Shown here piece after piece: positions 55,275 through 64,000 of a DNA stretch of 64,000 bases. Origin of the DNA: Gemmatimonadota bacterium (GTDB lineage: Bacteria; Gemmatimonadota; Gemmatimonadetes; Gemmatimonadales; GWC2-71-9); assembly GCA_039591615.1 (NCBI GenBank), contig JBDHDH010000024.1:6017-70016 (forward strand), in the 5' to 3' direction. A model generated the notes under the pieces. That model saw only the letters and a list, made by a program, of their open reading frames with translations, was not told the origin of the DNA and did no database searches. The position numbers were made by a program, and so were the translations under genes. Within the stretch, counting starts at the first letter, position 1; the number at the start of each line of letters is the position of its first letter.

Positions 55275-56267
55275 TCAGTCTTCTCTTTGCAACAGCAACA
55301 CGGCAAACCACTCGCGGTCGTCGGTGAACACTTCCCGCGCTCGGAATCCGAAGTAGCGAACGAACTCAATGAGATCGCCGATAACGAACTTGCGGCTGAT
55401 CTCGATCATGATCTGTTCACCCGACCGGATGACGTGGTGTCGATCCAGCGGTTTCACGCGGATCGTCTGCGTCGCATGAAACCGCGCGAAGATCTCCATC
55501 CGCTGCCAGTCAGCATTGTACTTAGCGACATGCTCGATGCTCGAGACATCGATCTCGGCCCCGAGCTCCCGGTTCATCCGCTCGAAGAGGTTACGAGTAA
55601 ACTCAGACGTCACCCCAGCTGCGTCGTTGTAGGCAGCCTCCAATACGTCAGCATCCTTCACGAGATCGACGCCAAGCAGGAAATAGTCGCCGGCCGCCAT
55701 GTTGCCCGCGATCTTCCGCCAGAACCAGGCGGACTCGGTCGGGTTGAAGTTCCCGATGCTACTCCCCAGAAACAGCACCATCGCGGGTGAGGCCTTGGCG
55801 AAGAGCGGGAACGCCTCGCCGTACGTTCCAACCACTGGACTCATCGTGACGCTGGGATGGCGTTCCGTAATCACCCTGCGAGCATGTCGGAGAATGCTGT
55901 CACTCACGTCGACGGCGACGTAATGCACGGGGTCGTCGTCGTCCGCGTACACTCCGAGGAGAACATCGGTCTTCGACGAGCTGCCGGAGCCGAGCTCGAT
56001 GAGCGTGACTGGACCCGTGGTCTCCCGGATTTTGGCGGCCGATTGCCCGAGAATCGCAGCCTCGAAGCGGGTCGGATAATACTCCGGTTGTTCGGTTATC
56101 CGCTCGAAGAGCTCGCTCCCGCGCACATCGTAGAGGTAGCGGCACGGTAACCAGCGCGGGGTATCGGTGAGCCCCATTCCGACCGCCCGCGCAAAATCGA
56201 GAACCTCGTCATCGGCCACCGGCGCGAGCACGCGCTCGAACCGGTCACGTCGATCAGTCGGCTTCAT
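55275..56267 (-). CDS. egtD: L-histidine N(alpha)-methyltransferase
   Basis: LPCRYLYDVRGSELFERIT..PEYYPTR.E, IELGSGSSSKT, FLGSSIGNF, GVDLVKD..VLEAAYNDAAGVT, EISRKF; ATG 56267. Confidence 0.88.
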   Translation of the reverse strand: MKPTDRRDRFERVLAPVADDEVLDFARAVGMGLTDTPRWLPCRYLYDVRGSELFERITEQPEYYPTRFEAAILGQSAAKIRETTGPVTLIELGSGSSSKTDVLLGVYADDDDPVHYVAVDVSDSILRHARRVITERHPSVTMSPVVGTYGEAFPLFAKASPAMVLFLGSSIGNFNPTESAWFWRKIAGNMAAGDYFLLGVDLVKDADVLEAAYNDAAGVTSEFTRNLFERMNRELGAEIDVSSIEHVAKYNADWQRMEIFARFHATQTIRVKPLDRHHVIRSGEQIMIEISRKFVIGDLIEFVRYFGFRAREVFTDDREWFAVLLLQRED

Positions 56268-56555
56268 GTTGGGGGACCGATGTGGCGATTGGGCCGTGGA
56301 TGGGACACCTCGGGTCGTGGATCGGATGTTCGCTCGCGGTGCATCCAAAGGTAGCGCCCTGACACGGCGAGGGCCAACCAGCGTCGAGACAGGATGAGTC
56401 GTGAATCGGCAAGGAGGCAGGTGTTCGACTGCCACCCCCTGCATGGTACAGAGTGGGCGAGCGACCGCGGAGGCGGTCCGGAGTCTCTCTCGCAACCGAC
56501 CGTCGCACTCTCGCGGATCAGCGGGGTAGATGGGGGAGTCCGTCAAGGAGGTTGC

Positions 56556-57077
56556 GTGCGCGCCGATGGTCGTGCCAGAAACACCGTCGCCCTAGGGCTC
56601 GCTTTGCTCGCTGCTGGGCCGTCGCCGGGACGAGCCCAGTCTTGCGCGCAGACCGAGGGACACGCGGTCGTCCAGCTGATCAACGAAGCACGTGCGGCCC
56701 ACGGACTGGCGCCGCTCGACGTCGATACCCGGCTGGTGGAGGCGGCCCAGGTGCACGCGCATGATCTAGCTGCCCACGGCCACGTAGCACACGAGGGATC
56801 AGACGGTTCTGAACCGGCCGTTCGGGCGACGCGAGCCGGCTACGCATGGACCTTCATCGCGGAGAATGTGGCGGCGGGGTACGCGAGCCCTCCGGAGGTC
56901 GTGGAGAGATGGTTGCGGAGCCCATCCCATCGCGAGAACATGTTGAGCGACCGTGCTCGTCACGTGGGTATCGGGTACGCTCGGCGGCAAGGGACGCGCT
57001 TCGATCATTTCTGGGCAGCGTCCTTCGGCATGACCGGCGATGAAAGGAGGCCGCCGGCCAACGACTGCCACCCCTGA
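56556..57077 (+). CDS. CAP (SCP/Tpx-1) domain protein
   Basis: AAGGAGG then GTG 56556; LINEARAAHGL.PL, AQVHAHDL, AENVAAG, WLRSPSHRENML. Confidence 0.88.
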   Translation: MRADGRARNTVALGLALLAAGPSPGRAQSCAQTEGHAVVQLINEARAAHGLAPLDVDTRLVEAAQVHAHDLAAHGHVAHEGSDGSEPAVRATRAGYAWTFIAENVAAGYASPPEVVERWLRSPSHRENMLSDRARHVGIGYARRQGTRFDHFWAASFGMTGDERRPPANDCHP

Positions 57078-57086
57078 TGAGGTGCT

Positions 57087-57509
57087 CTACGTCTCCTTGT
57101 AGACGGCCCCCCCGACGAGGGCAGCCACGATCATCTCGACCGCCTGCCACACCACCGCCGTGACGTAGAGGCGCGCGGGCGCCAGGTTGATCATGCCGTC
57201 CCCGACAGCCGGCCACAAGTACGCGAGAGCCCAGACGATCACGCCAGCAATTATCGCCGTCTTGGGACCCGGCCCGAACCGGGGCCGGATGGCAGCGTAG
57301 AGCCAGACGGTAGCGATCCCGATGAGGAACCCGAACACGACGAACACCATCACCGCGGCGCCACCGACCGGTGGCAGTCCCAGCGCCTCCATCGCCGCTG
57401 CCGACTCGTTAGCGATGACCCCTAGGTTGAGGATCGATTCGCTGACGTTGATGATCAGGCCCGCGAAGAGACCACCCACGAGCACACGACCGGCGTTGAT
57501 CTTCCCCAT
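57087..57509 (-). CDS. Four-TM hypothetical membrane protein
   Basis: INAGRVLVGGLFAG, YAAIRPRFGPGPKTA conserved-looking motif; ATG 57509. Confidence 0.7.
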   Translation of the reverse strand: MGKINAGRVLVGGLFAGLIINVSESILNLGVIANESAAAMEALGLPPVGGAAVMVFVVFGFLIGIATVWLYAAIRPRFGPGPKTAIIAGVIVWALAYLWPAVGDGMINLAPARLYVTAVVWQAVEMIVAALVGGAVYKET

Positions 57510-57658
57510 ACCAGCGCTCCTTACCGGGAACTCTTTGTCGCGAATCGGCATTCGAATGAGACGCTCAGAGATTTGACCGCCGGAAGACAGGATGTCAACA
57601 CTTGAGCCGGGATCGTCTCGGCCTTACGCTACGGTCTCGCACGACAGGAGGTGCGAAC

Positions 57659-58150
57659 GTGACAGCGTCCGGCACTCTCGACGCAATCTGGATCAAGCGA
57701 GCACACCGCGGTCCCATGGATCAGCGTCCTCGTGCAACACTGCGAGCCGACGAAGGTCTCCTCGACAACGCGGACCAGCGGGGGCGACGGCAGGTCACCA
57801 TCATCGAGCGCGAGGTGTGGGAGCCTCTCATGACGCAACATCCCTCCCTGGATGCTTCCGCCCGCCGGGCCAATCTCATGGTGAGTGGCATCCGCCTGGC
57901 GGACAGCCGGGGCCGCGTGCTCCGCGTTGGGAGTTGCCGGATTCGAATCGGTGGAGAGACGAAGCCGTGCGAGCGGATGGACGAAGCGCTGCCCGGTCTC
58001 GAACAGGCACTGTACCCCGACTGGAAGGGCGGCGCGTACGGAGTCGTGCTCGATAGCGGAGAGATCGCAGTGGGCGATCCAGTCGAATGGGTCGAAGACG
58101 ACCGCGCCGGCAACGTCCGACGCTTAGCAGACAGGCAAAGGAGCCAATGA
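57659..58150 (+). CDS. MOSC domain protein
   Basis: AGGAGG then GTG 57659; [34 protein letters not shown]. Confidence 0.88.
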   Translation: MTASGTLDAIWIKRAHRGPMDQRPRATLRADEGLLDNADQRGRRQVTIIEREVWEPLMTQHPSLDASARRANLMVSGIRLADSRGRVLRVGSCRIRIGGETKPCERMDEALPGLEQALYPDWKGGAYGVVLDSGEIAVGDPVEWVEDDRAGNVRRLADRQRSQ

Positions 58151-58154
58151 CGTC

Positions 58155-58571
58155 ATGACGAAGCGAGTCGACAAGCCAGAGGCTGCGTGGCGAGAGAAGC
58201 TCACGCCGCAACAGTACCACGTCACCCGCGAGAAGGGCACCGAGCCGGCGTTCAGCGGCAAGTACTACGATTGCAAGGATCCGGGCGTCTACCGGTGCGT
58301 CTGCTGCGGAACCGGGCTCTTCACGTCCGATACCAAGTACGACTCCGGGACGGGATGGCCGAGCTTCCACGCGGTCGCTGGCCCCGACCGCGTGAGGACC
58401 GAAGCCGACCACAGCCACGGTATGCGCCGCACGGAGGTTCTCTGCGCCGCCTGCGATGCTCACCTCGGTCACGTCTTCGAGGACGGCCCGGCGCCTTCGG
58501 GACTCCGCTACTGCATCAACTCGGTGGCACTCGATCTCGACGAGGACGCGAAGCCAGCCGACGGGGCATGA
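58155..58571 (+). CDS. msrB: Peptide-methionine (R)-S-oxide reductase
   Basis: [47 protein letters not shown]. Confidence 0.96.
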   Translation: MTKRVDKPEAAWREKLTPQQYHVTREKGTEPAFSGKYYDCKDPGVYRCVCCGTGLFTSDTKYDSGTGWPSFHAVAGPDRVRTEADHSHGMRRTEVLCAACDAHLGHVFEDGPAPSGLRYCINSVALDLDEDAKPADGA

Positions 58572-58574
58572 TCG

Positions 58575-58988
58575 TTACGACTTTCCGCCCAACCTCAACA
58601 GCTTGTTCCATTGAGGCGCCGGCACGGGAACGACGGACAGGCGTGGCAGACGGACGAGGGCTAGATCCTCGAAGGAACCATCGGACTTGATCTCCGCCAG
58701 CGTGACTCGCCGTCGCAGTGACCCCTTCGCCTCGATGTCCATTACCACCAACTTGGGATCGTCCTGCTCGGGGTCGGGATACGGAGCCTTGACTATCTCC
58801 GCCAGGCCGACGAGCGCCTTTTCCTTGCCCGAGTGATAGACGAGCGCGTGGTCGCCCTGCTGCATCGTCCGAATATGACGGAGGGCCAGGTTGTTCTTCA
58901 CGCCGTCCCACACCGTACGCCTTTCCCGCCGCAGATCGTCGAAGCTGTAGGTGGTTGGCTCGGTCTTGAGAATCCAGTAGTTCGGCAT
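58575..58988 (-). CDS. EVE domain protein
   Basis: YWILKTEP..YSFDDL, WDGVKNNLA, YHSG; ATG 58988. Confidence 0.92.
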   Translation of the reverse strand: MPNYWILKTEPTTYSFDDLRRERRTVWDGVKNNLALRHIRTMQQGDHALVYHSGKEKALVGLAEIVKAPYPDPEQDDPKLVVMDIEAKGSLRRRVTLAEIKSDGSFEDLALVRLPRLSVVPVPAPQWNKLLRLGGKS

Positions 58989-59068
58989 GGTCACAAGATA
59001 AGTCGGGTAGGCGACGGAGGGCATGAAGAAACGGAGAAACGCGAAGGGGCGTCGAAGAAGGAGACTGC

Positions 59069-59734
59069 CTACCCAAGCCCCTGAACCCACTGAGTGATCG
59101 CCTCGGCGAGATCCGCCAACACGTCATCGGCTGTGCGGCCGGAGCGCTTGCGCACCTTGAAGGAGTGATCGCCATCCTCCGCCACGTGCATCGTGGCGCC
59201 CAAGCGCTCGACAATCGGTGTGAGGAGCCCGAGGTCGGCGAGGTCATCTCGCGTACCCTGTAGGAAGAGCATCGGGATCTTCACCGCCGCGAGATGGGCC
59301 GCGCGCTGTTCACTGGGTCGCTTGGGCGCGTGCAACGGGAATCCGAGAAACACCAAGCCCCTCACGGCCGAGAGTGGCGCCTCGGCCTGGGCTGATGACG
59401 TCATGCGCCCACCGAGTGACTTCCCCCCGGCAACCAGCGGCAGTTCGGGCTCGAGCTCTCGGCCCTTGGCTACGGCGGCCCGCACCGTTCGCTGGAGCCG
59501 TACCGGCGGGTCCGGAGTCTTCCTTCTTGCCTCCATGTACGGGAATTGGTAGCGCAGGGTGGCGACACCCCGCTCGGCGAGGGCCTCGGCAATCCCCTCC
59601 AGAAATGGGTGGTGCATTCCGGCACCGGCACCGTGGGCGAGCACATAAAGTGCCGTTGCGCCGTCCGGCCGGAGCAGCCGGCCCGTCACCCGCCCCACAC
59701 CGTCTCCGACTTCGATGACAACCGGTCTGAGCAT
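59069..59734 (-). CDS. Alpha/beta hydrolase (KANL3/Tex30-like)
   Basis: [35 protein letters not shown]; ATG 59734. Confidence 0.88.
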   Translation of the reverse strand: MLRPVVIEVGDGVGRVTGRLLRPDGATALYVLAHGAGAGMHHPFLEGIAEALAERGVATLRYQFPYMEARRKTPDPPVRLQRTVRAAVAKGRELEPELPLVAGGKSLGGRMTSSAQAEAPLSAVRGLVFLGFPLHAPKRPSEQRAAHLAAVKIPMLFLQGTRDDLADLGLLTPIVERLGATMHVAEDGDHSFKVRKRSGRTADDVLADLAEAITQWVQGLG

Positions 59735-59893
59735 CAACAGGCTCCGCCGCCCAGCAACGACACGGATCGCTCCATGGTGAACGCCGCCCCGATGGCGCCG
59801 GGAACGGCGAGCCCAGCGGCAGCCCACGTCACCGGAACGCACTGCTGCAGGCGAGCTGTCCCGCGTCCCCACCCGGCAGCTCGAGCATTGCGA

Positions 59894-60100
59894 CTACTCC
59901 AGGGTGAAGCCGACGCGGAGGGTGACCTGCCAGTGACCCACGTGGTCGTCCTCCACCGTCCCCCGTGTCTCCACCACTTGAAACCAACGCATGTTCCGTA
60001 CGGTCTTTGCCGCCCGTCGAATGGCCTGCTGGATCGCGTCGTCGATCCCCCGCGTCGAGGATCCGACGAGCTCGATGGTCTTATAGACGTGATCGGCCAT
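59894..60100 (-). CDS. Dodecin (flavin-binding)
   Basis: [12 protein letters not shown]...[24 protein letters not shown]...WQVTLRVGF. Confidence 0.93.
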   Translation of the reverse strand: MADHVYKTIELVGSSTRGIDDAIQQAIRRAAKTVRNMRWFQVVETRGTVEDDHVGHWQVTLRVGFTLE

Positions 60101-60199
60101 GTATCTCCTCCCCGGTCTCCGAAGAACCTTTTTTCTCCCTCTGCTCCCGCTGCTCCCCTCCGAGCTCAGACTAGTCGAAGCGGCGGGAAGACGGGGAGG

Positions 60200-60466
60200 C
60201 TACCCCTCCCGGAGCAGCTCGCGCAAGCCCGCGTATCCACCGCTCGCCGGCCGTTCCGACGCCAACCGGAAATATTCAGAGTCAGCAGTGAAGCCGAGAC
60301 CCTCCACCAGACGGTTCATGAGATTGAACAATGCGCACACCGCCACTGCGTCATGCAGCGCTCGTTCATCCCCGTGGCACTCGAGGAGCGACTCCGCCGT
60401 CCGAGGAAACGCTGTAAACACGTCCAGGGGCACGGCTCTCGAGGGCAGCGACCGGAGATACGCCAT
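60200..60466 (-). pseudogene. AhpD/CMD-like peroxidase-related protein with an in-frame internal deletion
   Basis: N-terminal (LDVFTAFP.TA..LLE.H) and C-terminal (DERALHDAVAVCALFNLMNRLVEG) motifs abut at about 60372; the central CxxC region is absent. Confidence 0.6.
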
Positions 60467-60709
60467 GCGTACCGGATCCGGTCATCAGCTCGCGGCCAAC
60501 ATACGAGTGACGTCAGAGACCGGCAAGGCGACATCAGCGTGCCTTCACAGATTTCCCGTCAGCGGTCATCTTTCAGCGTGTAGGTCACCACCTCGTGCCA
60601 CCCGACACACGATCGGCTCTGAACGCGACGGGGTCCCTTTCGAAGATAGGTGTGAGATGAGGAACGCCCGCGTGTCGTCAATTACGTGCATCACCGGAGA
60701 GCTGTCTCC

Positions 60710-62077
60710 TTGACTATCACCGCCATCAACCCGGCGACCGGCCGCACCATCAAGGAGTACCAGGAAGCGACCGCGAATGATGTCGTCGCTGCAATCGAGG
60801 CCGCGGACACGGCGTTTTTCGAATGGCGCGAGACGTCTTTCGCTCATCGAAGCACGCTCATGCGATCGGCCGCGCGCAACTTGCGCGGACGGGCCGAGCG
60901 ATATGCCCGGCTCATGGCCCAGGAGATGGGCAAGCCTCTTCGAGACGGCGAGGCGGAGGCCGAGAAGTGCGCTTGGGTGTGCGAGTACTACGCAGAACAC
61001 GCCGAGGCGTTTCTCCAACCCGAGCGCGTGGAAACCGACGCCAGCAAGAGCTATGTGACCTTCCAACCCATCGGCGTGGTGCTGGCGGTGATGCCGTGGA
61101 ACTTTCCCTTCTGGCAGGTGTTCCGGTTCGCGGCGCCCGCGCTGATGGCCGGCAACGCGGGGCTGCTCAAACACGCCTCGAACGTCCCCGGTTGCGCGTT
61201 GGCCATCGAGGACATCTTTCGCGAGGCTGGATTCCCCAAAGACCTCTTCCGCACGCTGCTGGTTGGAAGCGGCCGGGTGTCGGCTATCCTCACGCATCCG
61301 CTCGTGCGCGCCGCAACGCTCACCGGCAGTGCACCTGCCGGTCGGGCGGTGGCAGGCGAGGCTGGACGGGTTCTCAAGAAGACGGTGCTGGAGCTTGGCG
61401 GCAGCGATCCCTACCTCATCCTGGAAGACGCCGATCTCGAGGACGCGGTGGCGACGTGTGTCGCGAGCCGGCTCATCAATTCCGGACAGAGCTGCATCTC
61501 CGCCAAGCGCTTCGTGGTGGTCGAGTCACGACTGACGACCTTCGAGAGACTCTTCGTCGAGCGAATGCAAGCCGCACGAATGGGCGATCCTCTCGATGCA
61601 CGAACCGAGGTGGGGCCTCAAGCTCGGGTGGATCTCCGGAACGACCTCCACCGCCAAGTGAGGGAGAGCATCGCGCGAGGAGCCCGCTGTTTGGTGGGTG
61701 GAACGATTCCCGAGGGTGAGGGGGCATTCTACCCTCCGACCGTGCTGACCGCCGTACGTAAGGGTATGCCGGCCTATGACGAAGAGCTCTTTGGACCCGT
61801 GGCAGCCATTATCCCCGTGCAGGACGAAGCGGAGGCCATCGCTGTTGCCAACGACTCGAGCTTCGGTTTGGGCGCTGCGGTCTTCACCCGGGATGTCGTG
61901 AAGGGGGAGCGGATAGCGGCTTTCGAACTCGACGCCGGCTGCTGCTTCGTCAATGCCTTCGTGAAGTCCGATCCGCGGCTGCCCTTCGGGGGTGTCAAGG
62001 AGAGCGGGTACGGGCGGGAGCTTTCGCACTACGGGATCAAGGAGTTCGTGAACATCAAGACGGTGTGGGTGAGGTAG
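60710..62077 (+). CDS. NAD(P)-dependent succinate-semialdehyde dehydrogenase (Sad/GabD-like ALDH)
   Basis: AVMPWNFPFWQ, KHASN, TLTGS, LELGGSDP, NSGQSCISAKRF, EELFGP, FGGVKESGYGREL. Confidence 0.92.
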   Translation: MTITAINPATGRTIKEYQEATANDVVAAIEAADTAFFEWRETSFAHRSTLMRSAARNLRGRAERYARLMAQEMGKPLRDGEAEAEKCAWVCEYYAEHAEAFLQPERVETDASKSYVTFQPIGVVLAVMPWNFPFWQVFRFAAPALMAGNAGLLKHASNVPGCALAIEDIFREAGFPKDLFRTLLVGSGRVSAILTHPLVRAATLTGSAPAGRAVAGEAGRVLKKTVLELGGSDPYLILEDADLEDAVATCVASRLINSGQSCISAKRFVVVESRLTTFERLFVERMQAARMGDPLDARTEVGPQARVDLRNDLHRQVRESIARGARCLVGGTIPEGEGAFYPPTVLTAVRKGMPAYDEELFGPVAAIIPVQDEAEAIAVANDSSFGLGAAVFTRDVVKGERIAAFELDAGCCFVNAFVKSDPRLPFGGVKESGYGRELSHYGIKEFVNIKTVWVR

Positions 62078-62111
62078 GTGTCGGCCTGAGTCTCTCGACG
62101 AGATAGGCACA

Positions 62112-63971
62112 CTACGGCCGAGCGCTATAGCCGAAGCGTTCCTCCAGCTGTTGCAGCCCGACCGGCTCTCCCAGGATCGTGAGGCGGTCCCCTTCTTCCA
62201 GCACCGTGCCCCCGCGCGGAACGATCGGCTGCCCCCTCCGGAGGATCATCGCCACCAGGCTCCCTTCGGGCATCTCGAGTTCCCGGAGCGCCCTGCCGAT
62301 GAGGGTTTCGGTGTTGCTGCCCGTTTCGACGCGGAGCGAAAGGAAGCGATCGTCCCGCAGCAGCGTTTCCTTCAGTTCTTGCTCGTCCAGATCCGCCACC
62401 CACTCGTCCATGAAACCATCGTCGTCCACCCTTCCCGCCAGTTGTGCCAGGATGCGCAGATGCCGCCCGGGATCGCTCTCGCCGCTCACCAAGAAGAAGA
62501 CGGCCCGGATGGGAACCTGAGACGCCTGCCGCACGAGGCTCTCGTCACCGGTATCGACGCGGACACCGCCCGAACACCGCACAAGGACCATTCCCGAGTC
62601 GTCGAACCCCGGGAGCCGCGTATGGAGCAGGGCGGCGCCGTGGGAAACCGGGGTCCCTCCCATCTGCGTCCCCCGTGAGAAGTCTCCCGCCAGATAGACC
62701 GCCGTAGCGGGAACGTGCACGGCCAATCGTTCTGAGGCGTCAGCAATGATCCGCTCGAGGCTGGTGGGTTCCGGGAGATCGATCACCTCGGCGCGGGCGA
62801 TTACCACGTCGAAGGGATCTTCTGCGCGGAGGCCTTTCTCCTGCATGATTTCGCGGAGCTCCCGATCGAGCCCAGCGAAGCGGCGGCGGCCAAGGCGTTC
62901 AAACACGTGATAGATGGCTCCTTCACGAGCCAGATGGCCCCGGGCGTAGTAGGTATACCACGCGAGACTCAAGGTCACCACGGCCATTGTGAACAGCGCC
63001 GGAAACCAGCCCATCTCCGCGACGAGTACGAACGGAAAGACGATCCCCGCCAGCTGCATCCAGGGATAGAGTGGTGACCGAAAGCCCGGATCGTACGCTT
63101 CGATCCGGCTCTCCCGCATCACCACCACGGCGACATTGACGAGGGCGAAGATGGTCAGCTGGAGCGAGCTCGCCAGCTTTGCCACCTGTTCCACATCCAG
63201 CACGACGAGGAAGACCACAAGGACGGTACAGGTGATGAGGATCGCCGGCACTGGCGTTCGGAAGCGTCCCATCTTCTTGAAGTAGTCGGGGACCAGATGG
63301 TCTCTGGCCATGGCTAGGGGATAGCGGGACGCGGCCATGATCCCCGCGTTCGACATCGAGGCAAAAGCCGCGATGGCGGCGGCGACAACGAGCAGCACTC
63401 CGATGCGACCTGGGAGCCAGTGAAAGATCACCCCCGCAGTGTCTGCCACGGGGGTGAGGCTGGCGCTCAGTCGTCCGGGACCGAGCGCCGCAACCATGAT
63501 GAATACGCCAAGGACGTAGATCAAGGTCACGGAACCGAGCGACAGTGCCATCCCCAACGGAATGTTGCGATCGGGGTCGGTTACTTCTTCCGCCAAACTC
63601 GCAACTTTCGTGAGACCGATGTACGACACGAACACGAGCCCGACCGTGGCCAGTAGCCCGTCGATCCCTTCGGGCATGAACGGGGTGAATCGGGCTCCAA
63701 CCGTCATACCCTCGTGTCCGAGGACAAACTCGACCAGTCCGTCGACGATGAACGCGCCAAGCACCGCTAGGAGCGTGAGCACCAGGACGCGGAGGAAGCC
63801 GCTGGACTGCTTGGCACCCACGATGTTCAGAGTGGCGAAGAGCGCGGTGAGCGCGATGGCCAGTGGCTTGAGCGGGACATCGAGGAATATGGCCAGGTAG
63901 GCGCCCATTCCGATGAGCGCAAAGGCGCTCTTGAGCACCAACGTGAGCCAGGTCCCGACGCCTCCGATCGT
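62112..63971 (-). CDS. APC amino-acid/cation permease fused to PTS EIIA-2 and TrkA-C domains (5' partial)
   Basis: GLTKVASLAEEV.DP.RNIP, ASRYPLAMARD; GTPVSHGAALLH and HLRILAQLA (EIIA); LIGRALREL..P.GSLVAMILR.G (RCK_C). Start lies beyond the window or the edge duplication. Confidence 0.85.
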   Translation of the reverse strand, partial: TIGGVGTWLTLVLKSAFALIGMGAYLAIFLDVPLKPLAIALTALFATLNIVGAKQSSGFLRVLVLTLLAVLGAFIVDGLVEFVLGHEGMTVGARFTPFMPEGIDGLLATVGLVFVSYIGLTKVASLAEEVTDPDRNIPLGMALSLGSVTLIYVLGVFIMVAALGPGRLSASLTPVADTAGVIFHWLPGRIGVLLVVAAAIAAFASMSNAGIMAASRYPLAMARDHLVPDYFKKMGRFRTPVPAILITCTVLVVFLVVLDVEQVAKLASSLQLTIFALVNVAVVVMRESRIEAYDPGFRSPLYPWMQLAGIVFPFVLVAEMGWFPALFTMAVVTLSLAWYTYYARGHLAREGAIYHVFERLGRRRFAGLDRELREIMQEKGLRAEDPFDVVIARAEVIDLPEPTSLERIIADASERLAVHVPATAVYLAGDFSRGTQMGGTPVSHGAALLHTRLPGFDDSGMVLVRCSGGVRVDTGDESLVRQASQVPIRAVFFLVSGESDPGRHLRILAQLAGRVDDDGFMDEWVADLDEQELKETLLRDDRFLSLRVETGSNTETLIGRALRELEMPEGSLVAMILRRGQPIVPRGGTVLEEGDRLTILGEPVGLQQLEERFGYSARP

Positions 63972-64000
63972 GCACCAACGTGAGCCAGGTCCCGACGCCT
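63935..64000. repeat. 29-bp direct duplication at the window edge, probably an assembly artefact
   Basis: GCACCAACGTGAGCCAGGTCCCGACGCCT at 63935-63963 and 63972-64000; the 37-nt period breaks the APC frame. Confidence 0.8.

Noticed and set aside
56270-56555. Riboswitch (SAM) upstream of egtD or a tRNA-like remnant (GGCAGGTGTTCGACTGCC)
   Set aside because: Only isolated short hairpins; no SAM-I/II core and no cloverleaf.
63935-64000. 29-bp direct repeat as the start of a CRISPR array
   Set aside because: The 'spacer' is only 8 nt, and the repeat is APC coding sequence (GVGTWLTLV). No cas genes. Best explained as an edge duplication.

Overview
High-GC bacterial chromosomal segment. Three Hanks-type kinases, an ADOP permease, VPS10/BNR propeller paralogs and two S45 acylases suggest Gemmatimonadota; this taxon is my inference. 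It holds about 48 mostly housekeeping or accessory CDSs and two tRNAs (Thr-CGT, Leu-GAG). I found no integrase, transposase, reverse transcriptase or CRISPR array. Four things stand out. (1) One 1205-aa ORF fuses an XRE-type HTH, a Ser/Thr kinase and a full ADOP (duplicated MacB/FtsX) permease. (2) A four-helix-bundle (23S-IVS/Avd-like) gene is bracketed by inverted arrays of a 9-bp repeat. The same repeat recurs at about 11 loci, including gene-less hairpins, the tRNA spacer and in-frame protein linkers. (3) A separate family of 7-bp tandem arrays sits at gene boundaries. (4) Several genes carry deletions or truncations (DinB-like, acyl-CoA synthetase, TIGR01777, AhpD-like). All family calls are from motif recognition by eye; no database search was run.
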